The notes beneath the pieces were generated by a model that had not been told where the DNA came from, searched no databases, and saw only the letters and a list, made by a program, of their open reading frames with translations. Below are positions 10,468-22,517 of a DNA stretch of 64,000 nt, piece by piece. The translations under genes were made by a program, and so were the position numbers. Source of the stretch: Phycisphaeraceae bacterium (GTDB taxonomy: Bacteria > Planctomycetota > Phycisphaerae > Phycisphaerales > Phycisphaeraceae); contig OY771506.1 in NCBI GenBank assembly GCA_963674705.1, positions 5,440,001 through 5,504,000 of the forward strand, in the 5' to 3' direction. How positions within the stretch are numbered: the first letter of the stretch is position 1; each line of letters begins with the position of its first letter.

Positions 10468-11547
10468 ATGTCGTCCATTGCCCAGTCGTCCGGCCAGAGT
10501 GGCCGAGGAAGTTCCGCTCGCCAGAGCGCCCCTGTCGTCGCGATCGCCGGCGTCACCGGTGCTGTGGGGCAGGAATTCCTCACTCTCCTGGCTGAGCGGA
10601 ACTTCCCGATCGCGGATATGCGGATGCTCGCCTCGTCGCGCAGCGCCGGCAAGAAGATCGAGTTTCAGGGCAAGACTTACACCGTCGAGGAACTGACCGA
10701 AGAGAGCTTTGCGGGCGTGGACCTGGCGCTATTCAGCGCGGGCGGTTCGCAGAGTAAGAAGTACGCCCCGGCGGCGAGTGCGGCGGGCGCGACGGTCGTG
10801 GATAACTCGTCGGCGTTCCGTATGACGGACGGTATCCCGCTGGTTGTGCCGGAGGTTAATCCCGAGGCGATCAAGGGTATCGAACTGGGTAAGGGCGGGA
10901 TCATCGCGAACCCGAACTGCTCGACGATCATCATGCTGATGGCGGTGACGCCTTTGCATCGAGCGAAGACTGTAAAGCGCATGGTCGTCAGTACGTACCA
11001 GGCTGCGAGCGGCGCGGGCGCGGCGGCGATGGCGGAACTCGAGCAGCAGACGCGCGACGTTCTGGCAGGTGATCCGGTGACGATGAACGTCTTCAGCTTC
11101 CAGTACGCGTTCAACCTGTTCAGCCATAACTCGGCGATGCAGAGCAACGGGTACAACCAGGAAGAGATGAAGATGGTGCACGAGACGCACAAGATCTGGG
11201 AGCAACCCGAGGGCAAGCGGAGTGCGATCACTGCGACGTGCGTGCGTGTGCCGGTGATGCGTGCTCATGCTGAGAGCATCAACCTGACGTTTGAGAAGCC
11301 GATCACGGAAGACGAAGCGATCGCGCTGATCGAAGCGGCGCCGGGCGTGTCGATGATCAACGACCGGACGAACAACCGGTTCCCGACGCCTTTGGATGCC
11401 TCAGGTAAGGATGATGTGTTTGTGGGTCGAATCCGTAGCGACATCAGCCAGCCGAAGGGCGTGGGGTTGGACCTGTTCTGCTGCGGCGATCAGATCCGCA
11501 AGGGCGCGGCGCTGAACGCGATCCAGATCGCGGAGTTGTTGCTGTAA
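10468..11547 (+). CDS. asd: Aspartate-semialdehyde dehydrogenase
   Basis: GVTGAVG, DNSSAFR, VPEVN, NPNCST, STYQAASGAG, CVRVPV, DQIRKGAALNA. Confidence 0.97.
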   Translation: MSSIAQSSGQSGRGSSARQSAPVVAIAGVTGAVGQEFLTLLAERNFPIADMRMLASSRSAGKKIEFQGKTYTVEELTEESFAGVDLALFSAGGSQSKKYAPAASAAGATVVDNSSAFRMTDGIPLVVPEVNPEAIKGIELGKGGIIANPNCSTIIMLMAVTPLHRAKTVKRMVVSTYQAASGAGAAAMAELEQQTRDVLAGDPVTMNVFSFQYAFNLFSHNSAMQSNGYNQEEMKMVHETHKIWEQPEGKRSAITATCVRVPVMRAHAESINLTFEKPITEDEAIALIEAAPGVSMINDRTNNRFPTPLDASGKDDVFVGRIRSDISQPKGVGLDLFCCGDQIRKGAALNAIQIAELLL

Positions 11548-11566
11548 GGTGTCATTATTGGAACCG

Positions 11567-11606
11567 GCACACTTTGTCGCTTCGCGATCAAAGTGCGGCA
11601 CCCATC
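11567..11606. repeat. REP-like hairpin, same family as 1816-1900
   Basis: GCACACTTTGTCGCTTCGCGATCAAAGTGCGGCACCCATC closely matches 1861-1900. Confidence 0.75.
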
Positions 11607-11637
11607 CGGTTGATTAATTCGCATGTATGCAATACCG

Positions 11638-11670
11638 AGGCCCACGTTCAGCGAACGTGGGCTTCTTTTT
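11638..11670 (+). terminator. Repeat-derived hairpin plus T-run, probable asd terminator
   Basis: GCCCACGTTC-AGC-GAACGTGGGC then TTCTTTTT; near-identical hairpin at 14671-14701. Confidence 0.6.
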
Positions 11671-11688
11671 GTGGGTATGATGGGGGGC

Positions 11689-12243
11689 ATGCCGGCGACG
11701 ATTGCACGAATGCTGATGTGCTTTGGGGTATTCACGGGGGCGGTGATTATCTATTTGGTGGTATTCATTTCGCTGGAGCGGTCTCTCGGTGATGAAGTGG
11801 CGTTGATGTATGCCGGAGCGGTATCGTGTGTCTTATTCGCGTTGGCATGGTTTCTGGTCTGGCGGAAGATGGTGCAATGGACCGCTAAACGCATCGGCTG
11901 GACGTTCGGGGTGGTGATGTTCAGTTTCGTTACGGCGGGACTGCTATGTGTATTCTTTGAGCTGATCACGCGTCATTGGGCTGAAGAGTTGGGGATCTTC
12001 CTGGGATCACTTGGCTGGGCGATGACGTGGCTGATCGGGACATCGATCGTCTGGCGTGAAAATGCGAGGGAACGCGGGGAGCGGCTTAGGCGTCTAGGTA
12101 TTCACGCTGTGGCATGTCCGGACTGCGGGTACAACCTGACGGGATTGAAAGAGGCGAAGTGCCCGGAGTGCGGTGCGGTGTATACGTTGGATCAGCTTTA
12201 TGCGAGTATCGCGGAGCAGCGGGCCGAACTCGGCGGGGATTGA
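11689..12243 (+). CDS. Membrane protein with C-terminal zinc ribbon (CPxCGYxLxGL...CPECG)
   Basis: Four TM helices then CPDCGYNLTGLKEAKCPECG. Start moved to ATG 11689, downstream of the terminator hairpin. Confidence 0.7.
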   Translation: MPATIARMLMCFGVFTGAVIIYLVVFISLERSLGDEVALMYAGAVSCVLFALAWFLVWRKMVQWTAKRIGWTFGVVMFSFVTAGLLCVFFELITRHWAEELGIFLGSLGWAMTWLIGTSIVWRENARERGERLRRLGIHAVACPDCGYNLTGLKEAKCPECGAVYTLDQLYASIAEQRAELGGD

Positions 12244-12301
12244 GCCGTAGTAAGGCTGAGCGTGTTGTTTGAATCATCCTTTTTCAATCGGGAGCTTACT
12301 C

Positions 12302-13945
12302 ATGAAGACCGCCCTATCGCTATCGACGCTGTCTCTTTTGATGACTTTGAATACGGTAAGCGCGGAGACGATGGCGCTTGATGCGCCGCCGCAGCGGATT
12401 TCGATGTTTAAAAATGGTCTGGCGATGGTGACGAGCGCCGCAGAGCTTAAGCGCGATGGGGATTACAGCCTGACTGCGCCCGAGGCTCGGTACGGCAGCT
12501 TCTGGATCGGCTGGGGAGACGGGCTTTCGCTTGAGACGATCAAGGTGAATGAAGTCGACGGCGCAGAAGAGGCGGAGGTGACGAATCTGGTCGACCTGCT
12601 TCGGGCGAACGTGGGCAAGCAGATGTCGATCCGGCTGCATGATGAAGAGGCGTGGGCGAGCGGGACATTGCTTTCGATGCCGGTCAGGCCACAGCCGATG
12701 CCGCAGCCTTATACGCATGGCGGGTATCCGGTTATGCCGGCCACATCGGACCTGATGCTGTTCGAGACAGAAGAAGGCACGCTGGCGATGATGCCCAGCC
12801 GGGTGGCGCAGGTGCGTTTTGCTGAAGAGCAGATCAGCACGAAGGTGCAGAACCCGAAAAAGGAAACGGCGCTTAGCTTCAGCGCAAAGCAGGCGGACGG
12901 CAAGGGGCGCGATGTGGTGCTGCGGTATCTGGCGCAGGGGATCGCGTGGTCGCCGAGCTATGTGGTGGAGATGATTGATGATGAGACGGCGAAGCTTGCG
13001 TGCAAGGCGGTGATCGTCAACGACCTGATGGATCTGGATGGTGTGGATGTAGAGCTGATCGCGGGGTATCCGAATCTCGCGTTTGCGCAGAGCCCGTCGG
13101 CGATGAGTGCGACGCCTTTGGATGCGCTGTTGAATTCGCTGCAGAATCCGAATCAACGACAATTTGCGGCAGTCGCGACGAATGCGATGGTCATGGCCCA
13201 AAGCGCGAGGTATGACGCGGGAGGATACGGGGGTATGGTCAACTACACCGCCAACATCCCGGACCTGCCGGCGGGTGAAGGCGCTGAAGATTTGTACTTT
13301 TATCAGTTGCCGAACGTGACGCTGGCCAAGGGTGAGCGCGGGTATTATCCGTTGATCTCGGCGGAGGTGCCGGGCGGGCATGTGTATACGTGGGATATCG
13401 CGGACTTCGTGGATGACAACGATCGGTATGGGTATGGCAATCGGAATCAGAATCAAGAGCAGGAGCAGGTGGTCTGGCATTCGCTGGAGCTGACGAATAC
13501 GACGGATAAGCCTTGGACGACGGCGCCGGGGATGACGGTCAAGGATGGTCGTGTGCTCGGGCAGGACACGCTGCACTTCACGCCGCCCGGCGGGACGAGT
13601 CTGCTGAAGATCACACAGGCTTTGTCGATCGATGCTGAGCAGAACGAGGTGGAAGTCGAACGCGAGCGGAACGCGGTGAACTTCCATGGCAACACGTACG
13701 ACAAGGTGACCGTAACAGGGACACTGACAGTGACGAACTACAAGGACAAAACCGTCACGGTAAAGATCAACAAGCTTGTCAGCGGCGAGGTGGTAAGTGC
13801 TGATGCGAACCCGGAAGTGGTGAAGATCGCCAGTGGCATGAACCGTGTGAATCCTCGGAGCAAGCTGACGTGGGAGACCGAGATCGAGCCGGGCAAGGAT
13901 AACATGGTGACGATCAAGTATCAGTACAGTTTCTATACACGTTGA
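12302..13945 (+). CDS. Secreted DUF4139-like protein
   Basis: Signal peptide; FKNGLA, LRYLxxGIAWSPSY, LFxYxL-like DLYFYQL..VTL, C-terminal LTW..I.PG....I.Y.Y pattern. Confidence 0.7.
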   Translation: MKTALSLSTLSLLMTLNTVSAETMALDAPPQRISMFKNGLAMVTSAAELKRDGDYSLTAPEARYGSFWIGWGDGLSLETIKVNEVDGAEEAEVTNLVDLLRANVGKQMSIRLHDEEAWASGTLLSMPVRPQPMPQPYTHGGYPVMPATSDLMLFETEEGTLAMMPSRVAQVRFAEEQISTKVQNPKKETALSFSAKQADGKGRDVVLRYLAQGIAWSPSYVVEMIDDETAKLACKAVIVNDLMDLDGVDVELIAGYPNLAFAQSPSAMSATPLDALLNSLQNPNQRQFAAVATNAMVMAQSARYDAGGYGGMVNYTANIPDLPAGEGAEDLYFYQLPNVTLAKGERGYYPLISAEVPGGHVYTWDIADFVDDNDRYGYGNRNQNQEQEQVVWHSLELTNTTDKPWTTAPGMTVKDGRVLGQDTLHFTPPGGTSLLKITQALSIDAEQNEVEVERERNAVNFHGNTYDKVTVTGTLTVTNYKDKTVTVKINKLVSGEVVSADANPEVVKIASGMNRVNPRSKLTWETEIEPGKDNMVTIKYQYSFYTR

Positions 13946-13967
13946 TTGAATGGTTGAGGGGGTTGCC

Positions 13968-14651
13968 ATGGAGCCGTTTATTGTGTTCATTGCTATTTCA
14001 GGTGTAATTGTCCTGATCGTATTGATCATCGTGCTGTCGATCATTAACGAGAAGAAGCGGCGCGAGGCGATGCAGGCGTTTGCGGCGGCGAACGGGCTTG
14101 AATTCCATCAGAAGGTGCGCGCCCCGGGGGCGCTGGATTTGCCGGCGATCGAGCTGTTTACGCGCGGACACAGCCGGCAGACGAGCAACGCGCTGAGCGG
14201 GGAGATCGAGGGCTCGGCGGTGCGCGTGCTGGATTACAGATACACGATCGGGTCGGGCAAGAACTCATCGACGCACATGCAGACGGTCGTGGCGGTATCG
14301 ACCGGCGGCGTGCCGCTGCCGAGTTTCACGCTCGCGCCGGAAAACTTCTTCCACAAGATCGGCCAGGCGTTCGGGTATCAGGATATTGACTTCGAGATGT
14401 TCCCGGAGTTCTCGAATCGGTACCTGCTGCGCAGTGCAGATGAGGCGGCGATCCGGTCGCTGTTTGATGGGCGGGTGATCGATGCGTACATGAACGGATT
14501 AGGACAGAACGTCGAGGTGCGTGACGGGTGGCTATTCGTATTCAAGGCGGGCAGGCGTTTGAAACCCGAGCAGATCCAACCGCAGATCGAAGCGGCGTTC
14601 GGGTTTTTGTTTGAACTGACGGGTGCGACGCGGTGTGATGGCGTGATGTGA
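13968..14651 (+). CDS. Membrane-anchored hypothetical protein (DUF3137-like)
   Basis: N-terminal TM helix, DYRYTIGSGKNS, LPSFTLAPE, DIDF..FPEFSxRYLL. Confidence 0.6.
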   Translation: MEPFIVFIAISGVIVLIVLIIVLSIINEKKRREAMQAFAAANGLEFHQKVRAPGALDLPAIELFTRGHSRQTSNALSGEIEGSAVRVLDYRYTIGSGKNSSTHMQTVVAVSTGGVPLPSFTLAPENFFHKIGQAFGYQDIDFEMFPEFSNRYLLRSADEAAIRSLFDGRVIDAYMNGLGQNVEVRDGWLFVFKAGRRLKPEQIQPQIEAAFGFLFELTGATRCDGVM

Positions 14652-14670
14652 GGGTTAAGTGTGGTGGAAG

Positions 14671-14701
14671 AAAAAGCCCACGTTCGGAGAACGTGGGCTT
14701 C
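14671..14701 (-). terminator. Hairpin terminator between convergent genes (clpC side), same repeat as 11638
   Basis: AAAAAGCCCACGTTCGGAGAACGTGGGCTTC; T-run on the minus strand. Confidence 0.65.
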
Positions 14702-14739
14702 GGGGGATGGTTAAGTTAATCGTGTGATTCTTTATTGAA

Positions 14740-17271
<2,532 letters not shown>

Positions 17272-17607
17272 AACGTCTCACTGGTTGAAGGTGCGTGTGT
17301 ACTCTCTAATTTTCAGCTATCGGGTGGTGGGACCGGCGTCTGCGGTGGGCATTACTTAAACGTCCGTATCAATGATTTTATAGGACGCTACCCCATCCGT
17401 AAAACACATACCGCTCACCTCTCAATCCCTTAACACTAATACTTCGGTCATCGGGCCCCGGGTCATCTACGCCTCTAAGTTTATCGGCTAGAAAGGGGTA
17501 GATTAGGCCACTTAACCGACTATGGTTATTACAGTTTGCTTAAGATCCGTGTTCATTCAGCACCCGCCCTGCCTGAGCGAATATTACGCCGGTTTTCCAA
17601 GCGAGGT

Positions 17608-18753
17608 TCACTCAAACAACGCCGGTTGATGTCCTATCATAGGCGGGCAAAACGCGTTTGTGTTCAAGTCCGGCAAATCGCGGTCCAGATTGTAGCGCCG
17701 GGCAAAGAGATGAAAAACCTCACCGATCTGATTTGCGATCGGTCCGACACCGCTTTGACGGATGTGGGGACGTGCATCGTACAACTGCCCGTCGCGCGAT
17801 TGTCGCAGAAGTGACACAACACGTGCGGCACGGTCCGGGAAGTGCCTGGCAAGCCATTCTATAACAATCGCTTTGAGTTGATGCGGCAGACGCAAGAGGA
17901 TGTAGCCCGTGGATTGTGCGCCGGCATCGCTTGCAGCGCGCAGGATGGCGGGCAGTTCAGAATCGTTTAATCCGGGAATCACCGGCGCGACCATCACCGA
18001 TACGGGGATGCCCGCCGATGCGAGTTTACGAATCGTGTCGATACGGTCGCGCGGACTGCTGGCGCGCGGTTCCATCTTTGAAGCCAGGTCGTTGCGCAGT
18101 GTCGTGATACTGATTGCCGCGCGTGAGGCGTGATGCTTTGCCAGGGTTTGCAGCAGGTCAAGATCGCGCAGGATCAGCTTGTTCTTGGTTATCAGGCTCA
18201 CCGGATGAAGCATCTCCGCAAACACTTCCAGGCAGCCTCGTGTGATGCGCAGTTCTTCTTCGATGGGCTGATAGGGATCGGTGACGCCCGACATGACGAC
18301 CGTCTGAGGCCGCCACTTGGGTGAAGTCAGTTCACGGCGGAGCATCGCAGGCGCGTCATGCTTGGCGACGATCTTTGTCTCAAAGTCGAGCCCGCAGGAC
18401 ATGCCGAGGAATTCGTGGCCGGGCCGGGCGTAGCAGTAAACGCAGCCGTGCTCGCAGCCGCGGTAGGGATTGAGCGTCCACTCAAAGCCGATGTCGGGGC
18501 TGGTCTTCGGGTCGACGTAGTTGAGGATGGTTCGGCTGGTGTCGGTGAGGATTTGTGTGTTAGTTTGTTGAGCAGGTTTGTGTTGTTGTTCGTCGAGGTG
18601 TTCGCCAAGGACGTAGAGGCGCAGAGACTCGAAACGGTTGGCGGGATTGAGTGCTGCGCCGCGGCCTCGCTGTGGGCCTCGGATGAGGGCGTCGGGGTGT
18701 TCGTGGGAAAGTTCTTGGGGAGTGTGAGGGGGATTGGATGGGGGTTGACGCAT
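17608..18753 (-). CDS. PA0069/Rv2578c-family radical SAM protein (spore photoproduct lyase-like)
   Basis: GRGAALNPANRF, NPYRGCEHGCVYCYAR (CxxxCxxC), GVTDPYQP. The ORF-track extension to 19095 is antisense to the RAYT gene. Confidence 0.9.
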   Translation of the reverse strand: MRQPPSNPPHTPQELSHEHPDALIRGPQRGRGAALNPANRFESLRLYVLGEHLDEQQHKPAQQTNTQILTDTSRTILNYVDPKTSPDIGFEWTLNPYRGCEHGCVYCYARPGHEFLGMSCGLDFETKIVAKHDAPAMLRRELTSPKWRPQTVVMSGVTDPYQPIEEELRITRGCLEVFAEMLHPVSLITKNKLILRDLDLLQTLAKHHASRAAISITTLRNDLASKMEPRASSPRDRIDTIRKLASAGIPVSVMVAPVIPGLNDSELPAILRAASDAGAQSTGYILLRLPHQLKAIVIEWLARHFPDRAARVVSLLRQSRDGQLYDARPHIRQSGVGPIANQIGEVFHLFARRYNLDRDLPDLNTNAFCPPMIGHQPALFE

Positions 18754-18798
18754 GCCTAACATTTTACTAACATATGGATATAAATCAAGAAGGTATGT

Positions 18799-19519
18799 GC
18801 CGCCCGCTGAAGCGGGCTCGCCGATGGATATATGGGGGCATGTACAGATGACGCGGGATACAAGCAGATTGTGCGGGTCAGTCGTAGCAGTCAGCCGGTG
18901 CGTGAGGGACGGCTGCGGTTTGAGCATTGGCATGTGGATAATCAGGTGTACTTCATTACCGCGCGCTGTCGGGATGGGTATCCGGCTTTCAAAGAAGAAG
19001 ACGCTAAGGCGGTATTCTGGGAGCGGTTTGAGCACTACAGCGAAGTGTTTGGTTTCAGGCCTTGGGTTACCTCGCTGATCGATAACCACTACCACACGAT
19101 CGGGTATCTGCGCGAGGGCCGAAACCTGTCATCAATGATGCAGCGGCTGCACGGGTCGGTTGCGAAACTGGTAAACGATACGCTCGATGTGAGGCGCAGG
19201 AAGTTCTGGCGCGATGCGAAGGGCAAGGAGTATTTTGATGGGTGCATCCGCGATGAGGATCAGGCACGCAAGGCCTATCGGTATACGTGCATTCAGTCAC
19301 AGCGGCACGGGCTGGTAAGTGACTGGCGCGGGTATGCACATACGCGGATTGGGGTGGAGGTGGATCGCGCGGTTAAGCGGGCGCATGAGTTGGGGGCGTT
19401 TATGGAGTTTAAGCCTTATAAACGGTATTTGGATCAGAAAGGGAAAAGCACCGCCCACTAAAGTGGGCTCGCCAGATTACAAAACGACCTCATGGCGAGC
19501 CCGCTTCAGCGGGCGGTGC
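18799..19519 (+). mobile_element. RAYT-type unit: Y1 HUH transposase gene with three cognate palindromes
   Basis: CCGCCCGCTGAAGCGGGCTCGCC at ~18800-18822, a variant at 19451-19473 and an inverted copy at 19494-19519 bracket the CDS. Confidence 0.75.
18832..19461 (+). CDS. REP-associated tyrosine transposase (IS200-like Y1/HUH superfamily), divergent
   Basis: YFITAR, NHYH (HUH), KFW...YFD..IRDE, Y......HGLV.DW..Y; exact start uncertain (18832 or GTG 18871). Confidence 0.85.
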   Translation: MGACTDDAGYKQIVRVSRSSQPVREGRLRFEHWHVDNQVYFITARCRDGYPAFKEEDAKAVFWERFEHYSEVFGFRPWVTSLIDNHYHTIGYLREGRNLSSMMQRLHGSVAKLVNDTLDVRRRKFWRDAKGKEYFDGCIRDEDQARKAYRYTCIQSQRHGLVSDWRGYAHTRIGVEVDRAVKRAHELGAFMEFKPYKRYLDQKGKSTAH

Positions 19520-19539
19520 GGATTTTGTGTTTTTGTTTA

Positions 19540-20454
19540 TCAGCTTTGACGTACGCGGCGTGCGAGCAGCAGCGAACCGGCGCTTAGCAGCATCAGTGAT
19601 GTCGGCTCGGGCACGTCGGGGGTGAAGGTCGGTAGGTGAACCTGGCTCTGCAGGTTCAGGCTGTTTACCGCTACGGAACCGCTGATGCCGTTGCCTGCAC
19701 CTACCACGTCCACATCGGCAAACGGTGCGAGCACGGAGCCGAACAACTCACGGTTGATCGTCACGGTCTGGGCTTCGTAGAAGTTCCAGACGATCTTCTC
19801 AGCGATAGACAGGTTGTTGAACACACTGCCCATGTTGCCTTGATCGAAGGTCACGTTCGTGCCTGACACATTGATGATGATGGCTTCGGTGTTATCGTCG
19901 ATCAACAGGATGCTCTGAGCGAGGTTGTTGGAAAGCACATCGTCGCCGACCACGCTGAACACGGCGTAATCATCCACGCCGGCCACCGCGTTGAACGTGA
20001 TGTTCGACGGCTGGCTGCCGGGCAGCGAGACGCTGGAGTTAGGCGTGAGGCTCGCGAGATAGATCGAGTCGTTTTGCAGTTGGGATTGGATGGACGAGAT
20101 ATCCAGCGCGACGCCGGTGCTGATGTTGCCGCCGCCGTTGTTGTTGAGGTTGCCGGAGATCGAGCCGCCGACCTCAGCGCTACCATTGTTGATGTTGAGG
20201 TTGGTGGCGTGGATGCTGCCACCGACCTGCAGCGTAACGGTGCTGGGGTCGATACCGGCCAGGCCCACCGCGAAGTCGGCCGCTGGGCCGTAGATATCGC
20301 CGCCCACGAGGGTGTTGCCCTGCACGTTGGTGCTGGAGGTCAGGTCACCGAAGACGATGAGGTTGTAGTCCTGCAGCGGGCTTGCCTGGGCGGCCGTGGC
20401 AATAGATAAGACAGCAGCCGCAATCGCGGCGAATGTACCTCGAACAGACAGCAT
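19540..20454 (-). CDS. Choice-of-anchor A domain PEP-CTERM surface protein
   Basis: Signal peptide, YNLIVFGD, IIINVSG, IVWNFYEA, GSVLAP.A, C-terminal VPEPTSLMLLSAGSLLLARRVR. Confidence 0.85.
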   Translation of the reverse strand: MLSVRGTFAAIAAAVLSIATAAQASPLQDYNLIVFGDLTSSTNVQGNTLVGGDIYGPAADFAVGLAGIDPSTVTLQVGGSIHATNLNINNGSAEVGGSISGNLNNNGGGNISTGVALDISSIQSQLQNDSIYLASLTPNSSVSLPGSQPSNITFNAVAGVDDYAVFSVVGDDVLSNNLAQSILLIDDNTEAIIINVSGTNVTFDQGNMGSVFNNLSIAEKIVWNFYEAQTVTINRELFGSVLAPFADVDVVGAGNGISGSVAVNSLNLQSQVHLPTFTPDVPEPTSLMLLSAGSLLLARRVRQS

Positions 20455-20649
20455 CTGGATTTTCTCCCTTCCGGTTTGTACTACTAGCTTGGGTTAGCCA
20501 AGTGGGGTTTCACCAGCTTAACACTAGTGACTTCACGTGATTATACGATATCTCCCACGCTTATTCCATCCGGGGAATTCCCTAGATGAGCAAATCGCTT
20601 GGAGGTCGGCGTCAGGCTCAATACAGGCCGCAAATCGTGAACAGAAAGT

Positions 20650-22341
20650 TTACTTTTTAGTCCCGGCGATCTTCGCCCAGCTGTCCTTGAGGGTGATCGA
20701 CCGGTTGAACACAAGCGCGTCGGGCTTGGAGTCCTTACTGTCCAGGCAGAAGTAACCCATACGCTCGAACTGGATACTCACACCCGGTTCTGCGTCGGCA
20801 AGGGCCGGCTCGAGCTTCGCGTCGGTCAGGACGTTGAGCGAATCGGGATTGAGGTTGTCCAGCCAGTCGTCGCTGCCCTCGGGCGGGGTGGTCGGGTCCT
20901 CGGCGGTGAACAGGTGGTCGTACAGGCGGACTTCCGCGCTGAGCGCGTGTTTGGCGCTGACCCAGTGCAGGGTGCCTTTGACCTTTCGGCCATCCGGCGG
21001 ATTGTTGCCGCCTCGGGTCTGCGGGTCATACGTGCATCGTAACTCAGTGATGTTGCCGGAATCGTCTTTGATGACTTGCTCGCACTTGATCCAGTAAGCC
21101 GATCGAAGGCGTACTTCACCACCGGTTGTCAGACGGAAGAACTTCTTGGGCGCATCTTCCATGAAGTCTTCACGTTCGATATAGAGTTCACCCGAGAACG
21201 GGACCTTGCGTGTGCCTGCTTCGGGGTCTTCGGGATTATTGATGCAATCCATCTGCTCGACCTGGCCCTGCGGGTAATTGGTGATGACGACCTTGAGCGG
21301 GTCGAGCACGGCCATACGCCTGGGTGCGACCTTGTTCAGGTGGTCGCGCAGGACGGATTCAAACTTGGCGAACTCGATGTTGTTTGCGCGCTTGGCGATG
21401 CCGGCTTCGAGCCAGAACTGACGCAGGCCTTGCGGCGGATAGCCCCGGCGGCGCATCCCGCAGAGCGTGGGCATGCGGGGATCGTCGAAGCCGGTGACGT
21501 GGCCCTTTTCGATCAACTCCGCCATGCGGCGCTTGCTGGTGAAGGTATACGTGATGTTGCCACGTGCGAACTCGATCTGCCTGGAAGGGAAGATACCCAG
21601 CTCCTTGATGAACCATTCATAGAGCGGGCGGTGATCTTCAAATTCCATGGAACAGAGGGAGTGCGTGATGTTTTCGATGGAATCGCTCTGGCCGTGCGCG
21701 TAGTCGTACATGGGGTAGATGCACCACTTGTCGCCCGTGCGTGGGTGCGGGGCGTGGAGGATGCGGTACATGACGGGGTCGCGCATGTTGAGGTTGGGCG
21801 AGGCCATATCGACCTTGGCGCGCAGGACACATGAGCCGTTGGGGAATTCGCCCTTGCGCATGCGCTCGAACAGATCGAGGTTTTCCTCGATCGGGCGATC
21901 GCGGTACGGGCTGTTCGTGCCGGGGCTGGTGAGTGTGCCACGGCCTGCGCGGATTTCGTCGCCGCTCTGGTCGTCGACGTAGGCTTTGCCGGCCTTGATG
22001 AGCTTGATGGCCCATTCGTAGAGCTGATCGAAGTAGTCCGAGGCGTAGTATTCGTGTTCGCCCCAATCGACACCGAGCCAGATCAGGTCTTCCTTGATGG
22101 CGTCGATGAACTCCTGCTCCTCCTTGGTGGGATTGGTGTCATCGAAGCGCAGGTGGAACCGGCCGCCGTATTCCTGGCAGATGCCGTAGCTGACGCCGAC
22201 GGCCTTGGCGTGGCCGATGTGCAGGTAGGCGTTGGGCTCGGGCGGGAAGCGCGTCACGATCGGTTTCTGGAACCGGCCGGAGGCTAAGTCTTCGTCGATC
22301 GCCTGGCGGATAAAGTCGCGTGCTGTGGTAGGTTCGGCCAT
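20650..22341 (-). CDS. glnS: Glutamine--tRNA ligase
   Basis: [54 protein letters not shown]. Confidence 0.96.
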   Translation of the reverse strand: MAEPTTARDFIRQAIDEDLASGRFQKPIVTRFPPEPNAYLHIGHAKAVGVSYGICQEYGGRFHLRFDDTNPTKEEQEFIDAIKEDLIWLGVDWGEHEYYASDYFDQLYEWAIKLIKAGKAYVDDQSGDEIRAGRGTLTSPGTNSPYRDRPIEENLDLFERMRKGEFPNGSCVLRAKVDMASPNLNMRDPVMYRILHAPHPRTGDKWCIYPMYDYAHGQSDSIENITHSLCSMEFEDHRPLYEWFIKELGIFPSRQIEFARGNITYTFTSKRRMAELIEKGHVTGFDDPRMPTLCGMRRRGYPPQGLRQFWLEAGIAKRANNIEFAKFESVLRDHLNKVAPRRMAVLDPLKVVITNYPQGQVEQMDCINNPEDPEAGTRKVPFSGELYIEREDFMEDAPKKFFRLTTGGEVRLRSAYWIKCEQVIKDDSGNITELRCTYDPQTRGGNNPPDGRKVKGTLHWVSAKHALSAEVRLYDHLFTAEDPTTPPEGSDDWLDNLNPDSLNVLTDAKLEPALADAEPGVSIQFERMGYFCLDSKDSKPDALVFNRSITLKDSWAKIAGTKK

Positions 22342-22517
22342 ATGAGGAGGATATACGGTGTGGGGTTTGGGGTGTAGGTTACAGCTATTAATATGTAGAT
22401 AATTTAGGTTTGATGATGTGTTTTGGCCAATAGCACGTTCAAAAGGCTGTCGGAGAATATGAGATCTCTGCCAGTGCTAATGGTTAACAACTAATGGCTG
22501 ATGGCTCGCCCTCCCCA

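Noticed and set aside
18754..19095. N-terminal extension of the radical SAM ORF
   Set aside because: Overlaps the RAYT gene antisense and crosses a REP; family similarity begins only near GRGAALNP.
22429..22480. CIRCE-like half sites (TAGCAC...GTGCTAA)
   Set aside because: Spacing is far from N9 and the site is not upstream of a chaperone gene.
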